Source of the DNA: Octopus vulgaris
Taxonomy: Eukaryota
Assembly: GCA_951406725.2 (NCBI GenBank)
Contig: OX597837.1
Coordinates: 21,762,001-21,826,000, forward strand
Direction of reading: 5' to 3'
Length of the DNA stretch: 64,000 bases
The position numbers were made by a program, and so were the translations under genes. Below are positions 35,301-50,200 of this stretch, one piece after another. Below the pieces are notes generated by a model. That model was not told where the DNA came from, made no database searches, and saw nothing but the letters and a program-made list of their open reading frames with translations. The first letter of the stretch is position 1. Each line of letters opens with the position of its first letter.

Positions 35301-35637
35301 GTTGTCGCTTCCGTAGCGTACAACATGTGCCAATGTTATCGGTGAATGTCTTTCAAATTAGAAAACAACCTTTTTAATGCATAATGCCGGTATTCTGCCT
35401 CATATATCAATATACTGAGCATATTCTTCAGTGAGTGAGAATTGGGCAGTATAATTAAAAGAATACTGAAAGATTAGGAAACAACTGTGGCAAAGAGATC
35501 AGCATCCTCGGGAAAATTTCTGATACATAGAAAGATGGAATATTCCTTGTTGACAACTGTAATAGTCTTGAAGGTAGTAGCGCTTATAAGAAATTGGTAG
35601 TTATGGATGTACAACCACTTCAGATAGTAATAGATTT

Positions 35638-35680
35638 CTGAAGAAGAAAGAGAAAAAGGAAAATTAATGAGCAAATAAAA
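35638..35680 (-). promoter_or_regulatory. 3' splice acceptor of the PRRT-like coding exon (exon would start at 35637, 337-nt leader)
   Basis: Minus strand ttttatttgctcattaattttcctttttctctttcttcttCAG|AAATC: long polypyrimidine tract plus CAG. Confidence 0.6.
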
Positions 35681-36819
35681 CACAATTCAGGAATTCAAGC
35701 AAATTAAACAAAGTAAAATTTTGATCTTTATTGGAGAAAAAAAACTTATTAAACATAACCTAGATCAAGATTATTTTCAAAATCTGGGTACAGGTGCTGT
35801 GTTGGTGAAGAAATTTGCTTGGGTTCAGTACCATTGGGAAGTGTGTTTTTTACTATAACTCCAAACATATACACACACAGTTACATATATATACATATAT
35901 ACGATGGGCTTCTTTCAGTTTCCGTTTACCAAATCCACTCACAAGGCTTTGGTCAGCCCAAGGCTATAGTAGAAGACACTTGCCGAAGTTGCCATGCAGT
36001 AGGACTGAACCTGGAACCATGTGGTGCATAAGCAAGCTACTTACCACACAGCCACTCCTATGCCTATGTATATAATTATATGGTGGAAATCAACTCATGA
36101 CTGAGTAAGACTACTTCCTAAAGTCAGTAAGTCTGTGCAAACATTCCAAGAGATGAGAGATGGAGAGATGAGTGATAGAGAGATGACTGATGGAGGGGTG
36201 GGTGATGGGAGGGTTGAGTGATGGAGGGGAGAATGACGCAAGGATGAATGATAAGGAAAGAAATGAAATGAAATGAATATATCGCTTTTCAAGAAATTTG
36301 CTTTACAATAAGAAAGAAGCTATCTGTCCAATCTGTGGCTCGTTGTGGGGCAGATATTTTAAACACTTTAATACTAACCAGCTTGACACTGTCACTGGTT
36401 GTGTGATACAAAACTTGCTTGAAAAATGTTTATTTTTGAACAAAGCCCCCCCCCCCCAAAAAAAAACTTGCTTCCCAAACACATGGCTCCTGGTTCAGTC
36501 CCACTGTGTGGTGCCTTGGGCAAGTGTCTTCTACTATAGCCTCAGGCTGATCAAGGCCTGAGTGGATTTGGTAGATGGAAACTGAAAACGGCCCATCGTA
36601 TATACTCTTTACTCTTTTACTTGTTTCAGTCATTTGACTGCAGCCATGCTGGAGCACCGCCTTTAGTCGAGCAAATCGACCCTGGGACTTATTCTTTGTA
36701 AGCCCAGTACTTATTCTATTGGTCTCTTTTGCCGAACCGCTAAGTGACGGGGACGTAAACACACCAGCATTGGTTGTCAAGCAATGCTAGGGGGACAAAC
36801 ACAGACGCACAAACACACA

Positions 36820-36865
<46 letters not shown>

Positions 36866-37069
36866 TACGACAAGCTTCTTTCAGTTTCCGTCTACCAAAT
36901 CCACTCACAAGGCATTGCTCGGCCTGAGGCTATAGCAGAAGACACTTGCCCAAGATGCCACGCAGTGGGACTGAACCCGGAACCATGTGGTTGGTTAGCA
37001 AGCTACTTACCACACAGCCACTCCTGCGCCTATATCTATATATATATAAGACACCATGATGAAGCTGGT

Positions 37070-37634
37070 CCTGAATGACAACCAAGGCCAAGGAAAACCG
37101 CTTGACAAACGCAAAGAAGCTGAGGCATCCCGTTGAGCTGAGGATAATCTGTTTCTAGATGCACATTGCCCAGAACAACAATCCATGTGGTATTTCAATT
37201 ATCATAAAAACTAAGTCACCCCCCCCCCCCAATTGTGATGGTTTTTGGGTGTCTCTCCAGTAAAGGTGACGTCATGCCACCCTACATCTTCAAAGAGGGC
37301 CTAAGGCTCAATTCAGACGGCTATGTGAAGCCGCTGGAGACTGTGGTCAAACCCTGGCTGCAGTGCATTTGAACTGAAAGGCCATATGTGTGGCAGCAGG
37401 ATTTGGCTCCATCTCATACTTCACCAGCCCCTATTTCTGGCCTTCTAATTCCTCCAATTTTAATCCTATGGGATTACTAGTAATTATTCTGCCTGCAACA
37501 CCAAGGCTGAGTTGGAGGCCAAGATCAAAACGGTGTTTAAAGATCTTCCCAGGGACACAGGGAAGGATGCATGTGCCAGGTTCCGGAGCCAACTTAAAAC
37601 CATCGCGGAAGCTGAGGGTGGTTACTTTGAGTAA
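37070..37634 (+). pseudogene. Tc1/mariner (maT/DD37D-like) transposase relic
   Basis: VMVFGCLSSKGDVMPPYIFKEGLRLNSDGY...VVKPWL...RPYVWQQDLAPSHTS...FWPSNS..FNPM...ACARFRSQL..IAEAEGGYFE*; stops and deletions. Confidence 0.85.
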
Positions 37635-37883
37635 ACCGTTATCTCCCAGCCATAATCTAGTTGATATCTCTCTTTCTCTCTTTTACTTGTTTCAGTCATT
37701 TGACTGTGTCCATGCTGGAGCACCGCCTTTAGTCGGGCAAATCGACCCCAGGACTTATTCTTTGTAAGCCCAGTACTTATTCTATCGGTCTCTTTTGCTG
37801 AACCGCTAAGTGACAGGGACGCAAACACACCAGCATCGGTTGTCAAACAATGCTAGGGGACCAACACAGACACACAAACACAT

Positions 37884-37938
<55 letters not shown>

Positions 37939-38326
37939 TACGACAGTATATATGTATTATAATTTTTAAAAATACTTTTATTTTTGGATGGCATATGATG
38001 TCTTCTTTTCATTTTATGCAAACTGTCAAATTTAACCTGAACACTTTGTGTTGAATCTGGAAGGAAACAAAGAAAGTCGTTCAAGGTGAGATTTGAACAT
38101 GAAATGCTAGAATTTGAAATAAATACTGCAAGTCATTTTGCCTGATGCTCAAATGATGCTGCCAATGTCAAATAACCCGCCTAGTACTTTTTAATTCCAG
38201 CTTTATATTTTGAGAGCAGTTTATCCTTTAATCCTTCCAAGGTTGATAAAATAAGTAAGTTCATACATTATCATGGGTGTAGCTTAGAGTTAGAAGGGTT
38301 CTATCAAGCTTACTCTCTCTCTAGAC

Positions 38327-38527
38327 CAGTGGTTTTCAACCAGGGTTCCACCAGTACAGTGCAGGGGTTCCGCAAGAAGTTACAAAACTGCTAAAATCAT
38401 CAGTAATTTTAAAGTCTCCTGTGCAGATATGTGTGCATAAGACTATTAAATTATTGCACAGGGGTTCCTCGAGCCAGTGGAATGCTTCCTTGGGGTTCCG
38501 CTCCAGCAAAAAGTTTGAAAAGCACTG
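38327..38527. mobile_element. hAT (Charlie-type) MITE
   Basis: TIRs CAGTGGTTTTCAA / TTGAAAAGCACTG; perfect 8-bp TSD CTCTAGAC. Confidence 0.9.
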
Positions 38528-39380
38528 CTCTAGACACACATGTACACAAATACATTTCGAATGGTGACCCCACAAGCCAATAGAACATAGGGCAAACATT
38601 GCTACAACCACAACATTGCCCAATGGATTACAGGACAGTCCCCAATGTAATATAGAACACCAGCCCCAGACCCAGACTAAATCCTAACCAATAGAATACA
38701 GGCCCTCCATTAACAACCACCAACATTATAGTAACTACACACCAAAACACTGTTTAATATTGTTATCACTATGTAACATTTTGTACTAATCTATGGCTTG
38801 AAATGTTTCACTTTTAGATTTTATGTTTGGTGATGGGGGTAGGAGTGGTGTTTTTTTTTTTTTTCCCTCTGTCTTTATCCTTTCTTTCTTCTTTGAATGA
38901 GGAGGCTGTTTGTCCATTTGGTCAGGATGGAGTAGACAGCCTTATCTAATTTTACCGAGAGGAAATGTTTTTCACCCATAAACCATCGTGCATACATATG
39001 CTGAGAAATCAATTAAGAAATAATTTCTAACACACCACTCTTTCATATGTGAGAGGGGAGGGGGGGAGATTATATAAAAGACATTACCCTTCAAAAACAT
39101 TAAAAGACATGTTGTGTGTTGCACTTGTTGCAAACATAAAGAAATGTATGTGTGAATATGTGTGAATATGTGTGTGTGTACAAAACTGAACTTTATGTTT
39201 ATACATGTTTACCTTTTTTCCTTGTCCTATCATCATCATCATCGTTTAGCGTCCGCTTTCCATGCTAGCATGGGTTGGACGGTTCAACTGGGGTCTGGGA
39301 AGCCAGAAGGCTGCACCAGGCTCCAATCTGATCTAGCAATGTTTCTACGGCTGGATGCCCTTCCTAACGCCAACCACTCC

Positions 39381-39414
<34 letters not shown>

Positions 39415-42400
39415 ATACACATATATATACATACATACACATACGTATATAGATACACACACACTCACATGTATATTTCATGTTATGCTAAGAAATGGTG
39501 CACACAAACAGAATTTTGTTTATTCAAGTCAAATATAACAAACTAATCCAAATTGTTGTTGGAGAATCTGCATAAGTGGAGTCTAGATCGGTTAGTTTGT
39601 ACTGGTATCGAGTTGTATAAGTTGTAATAATGAAATCAAACCAAATAGGGATATTTTGAGATCATTTAATATGTGTGTTTCAGGTTTGCATATTATCTGG
39701 TATATAATAGGAAATGCATCCATTACATAAACCTTCCTCAGTTAAAAGCATTTCAAAACATATTTAAGGAATAACCAACACCCTCCCAACATAAACAGGT
39801 GAAAAACCTGTAAATAATACCAACCTGCCAACTAACAATCCTTACCACATACTTACATTCTTTTGTGGACCCCTAAAAGCTGACATATCAAGTAACACCT
39901 AAATACAAAGGTCAAAACACTGGACTGAATTCTAAAATTTAACTTTTACATTCTTAAAACAAAAGGTAAATATCTCATTAATATATAAATAAAACCAACA
40001 ACAATCACACCAAATGAGGGATCTTCTGTCTAAGAATCTAACTACATTCTATTGTGAACACCTATGACCTGAAGATGATGCACTTAAAAATACACACTAC
40101 ATGCAGGAATAAATTCTAGCAATTAGCACTTCTCCAAATTTAATCAATAAAAATTCTCCATAGGTGCAGGTGTAGTTGAGTGGTAAAGAAGCTTGCTTCC
40201 CAACCACGTAGCTCTGGGTTCAGTCCCACTGCATAGAACCTTGGACAAGTGTCTTCTACTATAGCCTTGGGCTGACCAAAGCCTTGTGAGCAGATTTGAT
40301 AGATTGAAACTGAAAGAAGCTTGTCATATATATTCTTTTTATATGATTCAGCCCTGCGGCTGCGGCCATGCTGGAGCACCGCTATGTATATATTTGTGTG
40401 TGTCTTTGTGTTTCCCTCACCATCACTGCTTGACAATTGATACTGGTGTGTTTATGTTCCTGTAACTTAGCAGTTTGGCAGAAGAGACCGATAGAATAAG
40501 TACTAGGCTTAGAAAGAATAAGTTCTGGAGTCAATATATTCGACTAAAACCCTTTAAGGCAATGCTCCAGCATGGCCACAGTCAAATGACTGAAACAAGT
40601 AAAAGGATAAAAGAACACCATATGGCCACCACAACCTATGATACAACCTAATTATCATTCAACAAATGATTGATACATACCTACGATACATACATATATA
40701 CACATACATACATTTTTATACATAACATACACACACACACACAGATACACATAAAAACATAAACTAAAGTCAGTTTGAAAAATTTTAGTGGATTTTTAAC
40801 TTTAATGTCTTTTTGTCAGCACATCATTATCAATAAAATTATAGCAGAAATATATAGTATACAAAAGGAGTAATTGTGTGTGTTGTGATGATGATGATGA
40901 CGACAATGTTAATCTTGTTGTTGGTGTTATAATGTTTGTTGCAGTAATGGTGCTGTAAATGCTGGTAATTTAGGAGTGGATTTGCTTTAATCAATTCCAT
41001 TGTCTCAGGACGTACGATGCCTGAGTTTATGTGTGAATTATTCATATGTGGGTCCATAAGTAGATGAACACACACACACACGCAAATATGTACATATCAC
41101 GCGCGCGTGCACACACACACACAAGTATATGGATCTTTGTCAGTTTCTACAAGGCATATACGGTTGTTCTATCACCTGAGCTAGGCTGGGTGAGTATTCC
41201 AGAGACGCATGCATTTTTAATGTAACTCTCAGCTCAAATCAACAAGACTGGTCCTTTAAATCACAACTACAATCTATCATCCAGTTGGTGATTCTGTACA
41301 GTTTCCACCAACCCAATTTCCACAGTGGTGGTGGTGGTGGTGATAGTGGAGGTAGGGTTGGTTTGCCTAAGGCAATGCTTTTAAGGGGTTAGCACTTTTG
41401 GGTTTGCTGTATAAGCTTGTACAGGCAGTATTGACCCTGAGGAAGGATTAGAGTGGGACACTTTATTTCACATTGCTCCAGTTCACTCAGCTGCAGAAAT
41501 GAGTTGCAACATCATTGGTGCCAAGCTGTATTGGCCCCTTTACCTTTCCCTTGGATAACATTCGCTGCATACACTTTAGCTACAGCACTCGCCCAATTTC
41601 ACCCACAAGGTACAGGTTCACCTCTCAAGGTGCCACACAGTGGGACTGAACCTAAGGCTTTGTGATGGCAAAGCATTCATCCAAGCTGTGTCCACCACAA
41701 CCACCTCTGAACCCCTCTTACATCCAAATCATCATCATCATTCAACATCCATTTTCCTTGCTGGTATGGGTTGGATGGTTCGACCAGAGTTGGCAAGTAG
41801 GAGAGCTGCACAATGTTCCAGCCTGATTTGGCTTCGGTGACTGGATACCCTTCCTAATGCCAACCACTTTAGAGAGTGTGCTGGATGCTTTTTACGTGGC
41901 ACCTGCATGGATGCTACTATGTGGCGCTGGCATAGGTGCTTTTCATAGGCTCGCTAGTACAGGGTTTGTGCAGGCTAGTCCCCTTCAGCAGGGAGAGCAA
42001 CATTAACACTTCTGCTAATCCACATGCATAGAATAAAAATTAATGAATGGCCCTCTTTTAGTTTTGATGAATGTTGATGCAACAAAGTAGATAGCCTTCT
42101 TAATGAATTAAACCAGAAGTGGCTGAATGTTTCTAGTATAACTGTATCTGTAACTTAATCTCAGGAGGAATCCACTTGACACAGTGTGTGACAAGGTAGA
42201 ATATATGAATTACAAATTAGGCTTCAAAACAGTTTCCAACAACCAGATTTCACTCACAAGGCTTGGGTTAACTTGAAGTTAGGGTAAAAGATATTTGTTC
42301 AAGATGTCCTGCATTGGGATAAAACTTGGGACATCAGGGTTGTGAATAATCTCCTTAACTATTTGCATCCATGTAGATATTACATCATCATCATAACATA

Positions 42401-42493
42401 ACATCTGTTTTCCATACAGGCATGGGTTGGATGGTTTGACAAGAGCCAGCAAGCCAGGAGACTGTACTAGGTATTAACGTTTCTTTTGGTATG

Positions 42494-42531
<38 letters not shown>

Positions 42532-43239
42532 ATTAATATAAGCAGCTACGTGCAATGTGATACCAAAAAGGAAAAATTCAATCATCACTAAGTGTAACTA
42601 AGGGTGCTGACGCACCTACATTGCTAGAAATAAGAGTTAAAATACTCTTAATGCTGTAGGAAGAGCACATATATATATGTTGACAGTGGAGCCAATTGCC
42701 CCATGCTGACTCGAAAATCCTCAGACTAGATGTCTAGTTTCATCTATTCTGTAGATCTCATTAGTGGGGACTGCTTGAACAGCTCATGTTTAGCTAATTC
42801 TGTCCGTCTGTATATATGTATTTACCATAAAAATTTATGGATGATTTAGTGGGATGCTAATGTGTATTTAAAAAATTTATATAAACAGCTAAGCACAAGC
42901 ATGGCTATGTGGTAAGAAACTTGCTTCCCAACTACATGGTTCCGGGTTCAGTCCTACAGCTTAGGGTCTTGGGCAAGTGTCTTTTACTATAGTCTCTGGC
43001 TGACTAAAGATTTGTAAGTGGATTTGGAAGACAATAACTGAAAGAAGGACACAGATTGTGTCGTATAGCCAGGTGGATACGATGTCTTCTGGGGCTAAAT
43101 TACAGCAACATTTGTCCTAAACCAGGACTGCCATGTTATGTTGGCAAACAATCTTTATTCCAAAGTACTGTTGCTGAATATCTCTCATTGTGAGATTTAA
43201 AAATAGTAATTCTCTAATGAAAGAAGCCTGTTGTATTCT

Positions 43240-43271
<32 letters not shown>

Positions 43272-43614
43272 TGAGTGTGTGTGTGTTTGTCCCCTGTTAT
43301 TACTCAATAACTGATGTTGGTATATTTACATCCCTGTAACTTAGCAGTTTGACAAAATAAACTGATAGAATAAGTACCAGGCTTTAAAAAAGTATTGGGG
43401 TCGATTCTTTCAACTAAAAATTCTTCAAGGTGGAGCCCTAGCATGGCCACAGTCTAATGGCTGAAACAAGTAAAAGATAAGATATATAAAGGTAGACATA
43501 GACATTAGATACTGATCATTGTGATTAGCTGTTAACGAGAACTTAACCGAGAGCTAATACAGTATCCACTTGGATAATATATCCCTCCAAACCCACTTTT
43601 ATACACACACACAC

Positions 43615-43647
<33 letters not shown>

Positions 43648-45003
43648 TATATACATACATACATATACACACACACATACATATATATATGTGTATACGT
43701 ATATATGATGTTTGTTTTTATGTTATAATAAAAACAATTTTACATTCAACTGAACAATTACTCAATACGTTCAGTAGTATACTATTTACAGGGACATAAA
43801 TACACCAACACTGGTTGTCAAACGATCGCAGGAAATAAACACTAAGATGAAGATGAAGACAAACACACAGATATATATATATACACATACGATGGACTTT
43901 TATCAGTTTCTATCTACCAAATCCACTCACAAGGATTTGGTCAGCCTGAGACTATAGTAGAAGACACTTTCCTAAGATGCTATGAAGTAGGACTGAACCC
44001 AGAACCATGTGGTCTATTCACCAACAATGACTTGAAAGTTTCAACCAGTTAAGCCATCATTGGACACACATGCACGGACACACACACACATGTATATATT
44101 CGTACATAGAATGCATATATATGTACATGCTTAAATAGAGACACAGGCAGGCACATACATATTTACATGCATACATAGATGCACATACATATATAGAAAT
44201 ACATACATTGCATACATATACATACACACATATTTACATGCATGTATAGACACATACAGATATAGATATACATACATTACATGCATATAAAGGCCTTTAC
44301 ACACAGAGCTTTTCTTTTCTCTTAAGTTTTATATTCATACATATATAGAATATGTATGTACACACATCTCTATCTACAGTCACACACACACACTCTCTCT
44401 CTCTCTCTCTCTCTTTCTTTCTCTATCTGTCTGTGTGTCTGTCTCTCACTCGAAAACATAAGATAGAGGAAATCGAGAAATATATCTCTGAAGCAACCAT
44501 AAATTATTTTAGAGAAAAATAAAAGTTACATCGTAAATTAGTGTTTTATTGTTTTTAAACAGAATTTCTTATATATATATATTTTTAAAAATGCTTTTCA
44601 CAAAAGAGTCAATAAGAAAGAATATAAGTGTGTGCACACACGTGTGTTTGTGTGTGTATATATATAGACACACATGTATGCACACATACACACACACATG
44701 CACACAAACACACAAAGGAAACTCATAAATATTATGGCAGAATGACATAGATAGATAGATGCATACATACAAAGGCACAGAGAAAGTGTGAGGCATACAC
44801 ACCCAAATGTGCACATGTAAATGTAGATTAAAAAAATATATCTATAAAAAATGTATATAAGAGCAACGAAAAAGAATATTAGAGTATTAAACAGATTTAT
44901 TATTTAACATTTTCAAAATAGAATTTTAATAGTCTGTTTGTATTCACTGACTTCATTATTTGAAGCACAATTTGTTATTTTTTAACCATTTCTTTATAAT
45001 TTT

Positions 45004-45057
45004 ATTACACACAATACAGAACACAACACAGAACACACACACTCTCTCTCTCTCGCA

Positions 45058-45117
<60 letters not shown>

Positions 45118-45150
45118 CTCTCTCTCTCTCTCTCGCTCTCGCACACACAC
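45004..45150. repeat. (CA)n(CT)n compound microsatellite
   Basis: Directly visible. Confidence 0.95.
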
Positions 45151-45238
45151 GTAAATTTCAAGAAGTCGTTTTGTTAAAAAGTGGTAAGGCTTTGCAATAT
45201 CTCCTGACATTTATCTTGAAGACAATATGTTGTGCTGT
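45151..45238 (-). other. Candidate non-coding 5' UTR exon of the PRRT-like gene
   Basis: Unique sequence bounded by ttttcccttgttttctttTAAG| and C|GTGTGT; no transcript evidence. Confidence 0.25.
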
Positions 45239-45558
45239 CTTAAAAGAAAACAAGGGAAAAGGTTGGTTACAGAATTTATTTTCTCAGCAACTAGGAGTTG
45301 GGGGGCTCCCTGAATAGAAGGTAAATAGATGAATGAGATAGCAGCAATGAAGTTAGAACCAGTTAGAATAATACCCGGTTAGGGGTAGCTATTTCTAGTT
45401 TACTTAACACATATACCACAAGATTATGGGTTAGCATTAGTTAGATACGAAATCCAACCAACAACTTCTACTCAGAATCTGGGATGCACCCTTGTATGAT
45501 TTGGGAGCACCAGCTCAAACTAATTGGCCATGTTGCTTGATTTTCTGAGTTAGATCCT

Positions 45559-45790
45559 TATTTCTTTATTGCCCACAAGGGGCTAAACTTAGAGGGGACA
45601 AACAAGGACAGACAAATGGATTAAGTCGATTACATCGACCCCAGTGCGTAACTGGTACTTATTTAATTGACCCCGAAAGGATGAAAGGCAAAGTTGACCT
45701 CGGCGGAATTTGAACTCAGAATGTAATGGCAGACGAAATACTGCTAAGCATTTCGCTCGGCGTGCTAACGTGTCTGCCAGCTTGCCGCCT
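45559..45790 (-). mobile_element. tRNA-derived SINE family B (Meta-SINE-like core) with 13-bp TSD; other copies ~2375-2610, 25415-25630, 26245-26690, 57452-57868, 60238-60668, 63195-63410
   Basis: Head GGCGGC.AGCTGGCAGA...GAGTTCAAAT; core GCCTTTCATCCTTTCGGGGTCGATAAA..AAGTACCAG; TSD TGAGTTAGATCCT at 45546-45558 and 45794-45806. Confidence 0.85.
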
Positions 45791-47170
45791 TTTTGAGTTA
45801 GATCCTGCTTACTGTGTTCTCTTCACTGAGGATCCAGCTGGGTTGATGGCTCATGTCGGTTGACCAGACCACAGACCACATGGTATGAGGAGGTATACCA
45901 CAAAGATGAGAACTGACTAGGACTCTGCTAGAAGGGTCACCTGGGAGGACCCAGAAATATACTGAGAAATGGTGAATGCAGCAACACACTGCAACAGTGC
46001 ATGCTTCCTACCCTCACATCTGATCTGATATATATGATATTATTAGTGAAGATGCCGACGACCGCTCGGTTCAAAGTCTCTCTTGACCAGAAATGGCCTG
46101 AACTCCACCCTGTACATAACTCCATGTCCCCCTACATGGCCTTGCTTCTTGATTTTGAGCCAAAAAATTAACTTAACTTAACTTATTAGGAAAAGAATGA
46201 GGATCACATGTCCTTATTATAATAGATGTGTTATAGAATTAAAACCTATTCTTTCAAAACACTTAAAAATGTCCCTGCTGTATAGTATAGCTGTGAAGGT
46301 GGTGTCATGGCTGGATGGTTAAAATATTTTCTTTACAGACATGTGCTTTCAGGTTCAATCCCACTGCACAAAACCCAGAGTAAACATGTGTGTTCAGGCT
46401 TGGCCCCTGTTGTGTGTGTGTGTATGTGTGTGCTTGTTCTGATATTGTGTACTAGTTGTAAACAAATATCACCATCATTTAAGTGGTGTCATTTATTTGC
46501 AATCCTTTGGGAAAATATCTCTGATTACTGTGCATTTCATGTCTGAAGGAGTAGAGGAAACATTAGTTTGTTTGGGAACAGGTCAGTAATTTCATTTGAT
46601 CTATGCAAGAATGGGAAAAGGGGATGTTAAAATTTTTCTGTAATCACACCCTACTATTTGTCTTGGATGAGGAAGATCACATTGAACAATGTACTTTGAG
46701 ATGTATAATATGACAGGATAGGCAAGGATGAAATGTCATTGATCTTAGGTCAACTAACCTGGCTAAATCTTACTGAATGCTTAAGCCATTAATTGCAATA
46801 TATCTTTTATTTTTTACTTGTTTCGGTCATTAGACTGCAGCCATGCTGGGGCACCACCTCAAAGAATTTTTAGTCGAATGTATTGACCCCAATTCTTACT
46901 TTATTAAAGCTTGGCACTTATTCTATCAGTCTTTTTTGCCGAACTGCTAAGTTATGAGGGTGTAAACACACCAGCACCAGTAGTGAAGTGGGGGACAAAC
47001 ACACACACACACGATGGGCTTCTTTCAGTTTCTATCTACCAAATTCACTTACAAGGCTTTGGTTGGCCTGAGGCTATAGTAAAAGACACTTGCCCAAGGT
47101 TCCACACGAGGAACTGAACCTTATGCAAAAAATTATACAAAACACACAAATATTCATGTGTACACATATG

Positions 47171-47385
47171 ACAGGGTGCTGAAAAGTTCCTGACTTTAAG
47201 GGTAGTGCAAAAGGCTTGGTTGGAGGCCCAACCTTCTGAGTTCTTTTAAAGGGCTTAGGAAAAATTGAAGGACTGCTGCAATGAGTGTGTGAATCTAAGG
47301 AAAATATGTTGAATAAAATCATTATTAACTAATCCTCTGTATTTTCTTTTACCCAGAGCCAGGAACTTTTCAGCACCTTCTTGTA
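47171..47385 (+). mobile_element. Mariner-derived MITE
   Basis: TIRs ggtgctgaaaagttcctg / caggaacttttcagcacc; internal remnant of a mariner C-terminus (ECVNLR..YVE*). Confidence 0.7.
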
Positions 47386-48917
47386 TGCATAAATGCATGA
47401 GCACACAAATATTCGATCTCATATACAGGCACAGGTGTGGCTGTGTGGTAAGAAGTTGACTTCCCAGCCACATGGTTCTGGGTTCAGTCCCACTGCATAG
47501 CACCTTGTGCAAGTGCCTTCTACTATAGCCTTGAACCAACCAAAGTCATGTGAGTGAATCTGGTAAATGGAAATTGAAAGTAGCTCATCATGTGTGTGTC
47601 CCCCCGCCCGCTGCTTGACAATTGGTGCTTGTTTGTTTACATCCTTGGTAAAAGAGACTGATAGAATAAGTACAAGATTTTAAAAAAGAAAGTATTAGAG
47701 TTGATCTGTTGAAATAAACCTTTCAAGACAGTGCTCCAGTATGGCCAGACCAACAACAGAAACAAAACAAAAGATACAGAAATGCAGACAATCACACATT
47801 CAGAAACACAAAGTGTTGTGCATACACACACACACACACACAAACAGAAGCAAACAGAAGCAGCCCCTTATATATTTAATTAACAAAGTTAAACATTAAC
47901 CTTACACTTCCAATGTTTTTTCTATACAGAACCAATCTGACAAACTGCCAACCCACTCCACTGACTGGCACCTGTTTCACACTTCCTTTTCCATGTCTGG
48001 CTGTTTACTGGGGCGTGACAGTTATTGGAGAATTTAATCTAATGAATCTATTCTTCCTCCGCCGCTACCATCGCTACCACCACCACTACCACCACCAATA
48101 ATGTTTTCAAATTTTGGCACAAGGCAAGCAAGTTCAAGGAGGAGATAAATCAATTACATTAACCCCAGTATTCAACTGGTATTTACAGAACTCAGAATGT
48201 AAAGGCAGATGAAATGCTGCTAAGCATTTTGCCTGGCATGCTAACGATTCTGCTAGCTCACTTCTATTACTAATAATTCTTTTTCTTTCTTTTACTCTTT
48301 TACTTGTTTCAGTCATTTGACTGTGGCCATGCTGGAGCACCGCCTTTAGTTGAATCAAATCAACTCCAGGACTTATTCTTTGTAAACCTAGTACTTATTC
48401 TATCGGTCTCTTTTGCTGAACCGCTAAGTTGCAGCGACCTAAACACACCAGCATCAGTTGTCATGTGATGTTGGGGGGACAAACACAGATACACGACACA
48501 CATATATATATGTACATATATACGACGGGCTTCTTTCAGTTTCCATCTACCAAATCCACTCATAAGGCTTTGGTTGGCCCAAGGCTATAGTAGAAGACAC
48601 TTGCCATGCAGTGGGACTGAAACCGGAATCATGTGGTTCGTAAGCAAGCTACTTACCACACAGCCACTCCTACTGATAAAAATATTAATGGTTTTAAATC
48701 TTGGTACGAGGCCAGCAATTTTTGGAAGAGTCATAAGTTAATTGCATTGACTTCAGTGCTGAGCTGGTACATATTTTATTGACCCTGAAAGGATGGAAGG
48801 TAAAATCAACTTTGGTGGATTTTGAACTCAGTGTGTAAAATGTTATAAGAAATACCACTAAGTATTTTGCTTGGCATGCTAATGATTTTGCCAGCTCACA
48901 GCCTTAAGAATAAGGTG

Positions 48918-50200
48918 TTCTCTAGTACGCACTGAATGGGTTTGCGACTGAGTGTTGCAAGGCAGTAATGAGAATTAGTGTTGCAAAGACCGAGACCTTG
49001 GTTCTCTCAGGAAAGTCTTCACAGTGCATTTGGCATGTTAGTGGAACACTGCTGAGGTAAGTAGAGAAGTTAATGTATCTCAGGGTTGTATTCATGAATG
49101 ACAGGAAGAGGGAGGCTGAATTGGATGCTGGAATTGCTGGTACTGGCACTGTAATGTGCCAAACTCATCCTCAGAAGAGAAGAGGTTGGTAAAAAAAAAG
49201 CTAAACTCACTATCTTTAATCCTTTAGCATTTAAATAGGCCATATCCAGCCAAAATATTCAACCTGTTTTATGTTCAAACTGACAAGATCCAACCTCTCA
49301 CACCTATCCTGCAATGCCATTTTAAAAGTAAACCATCACTTCATTGAAATCTCAAAGCTACAAGATAATGCAAGATCAATTTAAAAGCATGTGAATAAAT
49401 AATCATTACATTTGACAGAATAATCTGAATGTTAAAGGGTTAATTTGGTTTTCATACCTATCCCCACCTTTGGTTATGAATGTTGTGTAATAACCAAAAG
49501 AATGGCTTAGTGGTTAGGGGCACTCGGCTCATGATCGTGAGGTTGTGAGTTCAATTCCTGGAGGTGCATTGTGTCCTTGAGCAAGTCACTTTATTTCACA
49601 TTGCTCCAATCCACTCAGCCGGCAAAAATGAGTAGTACCTGTATTTCAAAGGGCCAGCCTTATCATACACTGTGTCATGCTGAATCTCCCCGAGAACTAC
49701 GTTAGGGGTACACGTGTTTGTGGAGTGCTCAGCCACTTACACGTTAATTTCATGAGCAAGCTGTTCCGTTGATTGTATCAGCTGGGACCCTCGTCGTCGC
49801 AACCGACGGAGTGCTCCTGTAAGGGAAAATACAAGTGACTGAAATGGAGTTTCTCCAATGGACCTCGACAAAGTATGAGGCTCAAAAACCAGGGAGCCTC
49901 TCCAAGTTACGTTGCTATTTCTCTGCACTGAGAGGTCACAGCTCTGGTACTACAGACATGGCTAGAATGCAACAGAAATAGGATTGCAAGATAAGTTAAT
50001 CAAGCCAAGCCAAATGGCAGGAAACATAGGAGCAGAATGAGAGTGAGATGATTGGAAAATATCTGCAGTTGCAGTTGGTCACATTTGAGAATCCAGTAGG
50101 AAAGTGTAAGGATGGATGTTGCTGATAGGACCCAGTCAAGGAGGTGTCCAGAGGACTATTCCATGACCCTTCCAGGAATGGTGGGTACCAAAAATGGATG
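48918..50200 (+). mobile_element. Decayed RTE LINE (Expander/Rex3-like) split by a MITE and a SINE
   Basis: ALNGFATECCKAVMRISVAKTETLVLS...VEKLMYLRVVF...ELDAGI and ERSQLWYYRH...PNGRK.R.R...SWSHLRI parallel Rex3/Expander RT-region motifs. Confidence 0.75.
49220..49439. mobile_element. TTAA-flanked piggyBac-type MITE, opposite orientation to 4678-4897
   Basis: TTAA|TCCTTTAGCATT ... AATGTTAAAGGG|TTAA. Confidence 0.75.

Noticed and set aside
35301-35333. ORF-track start of the 1261-aa protein
   Set aside because: It is a TTG; the ATG at 35300 has good context and directly precedes the signal peptide.
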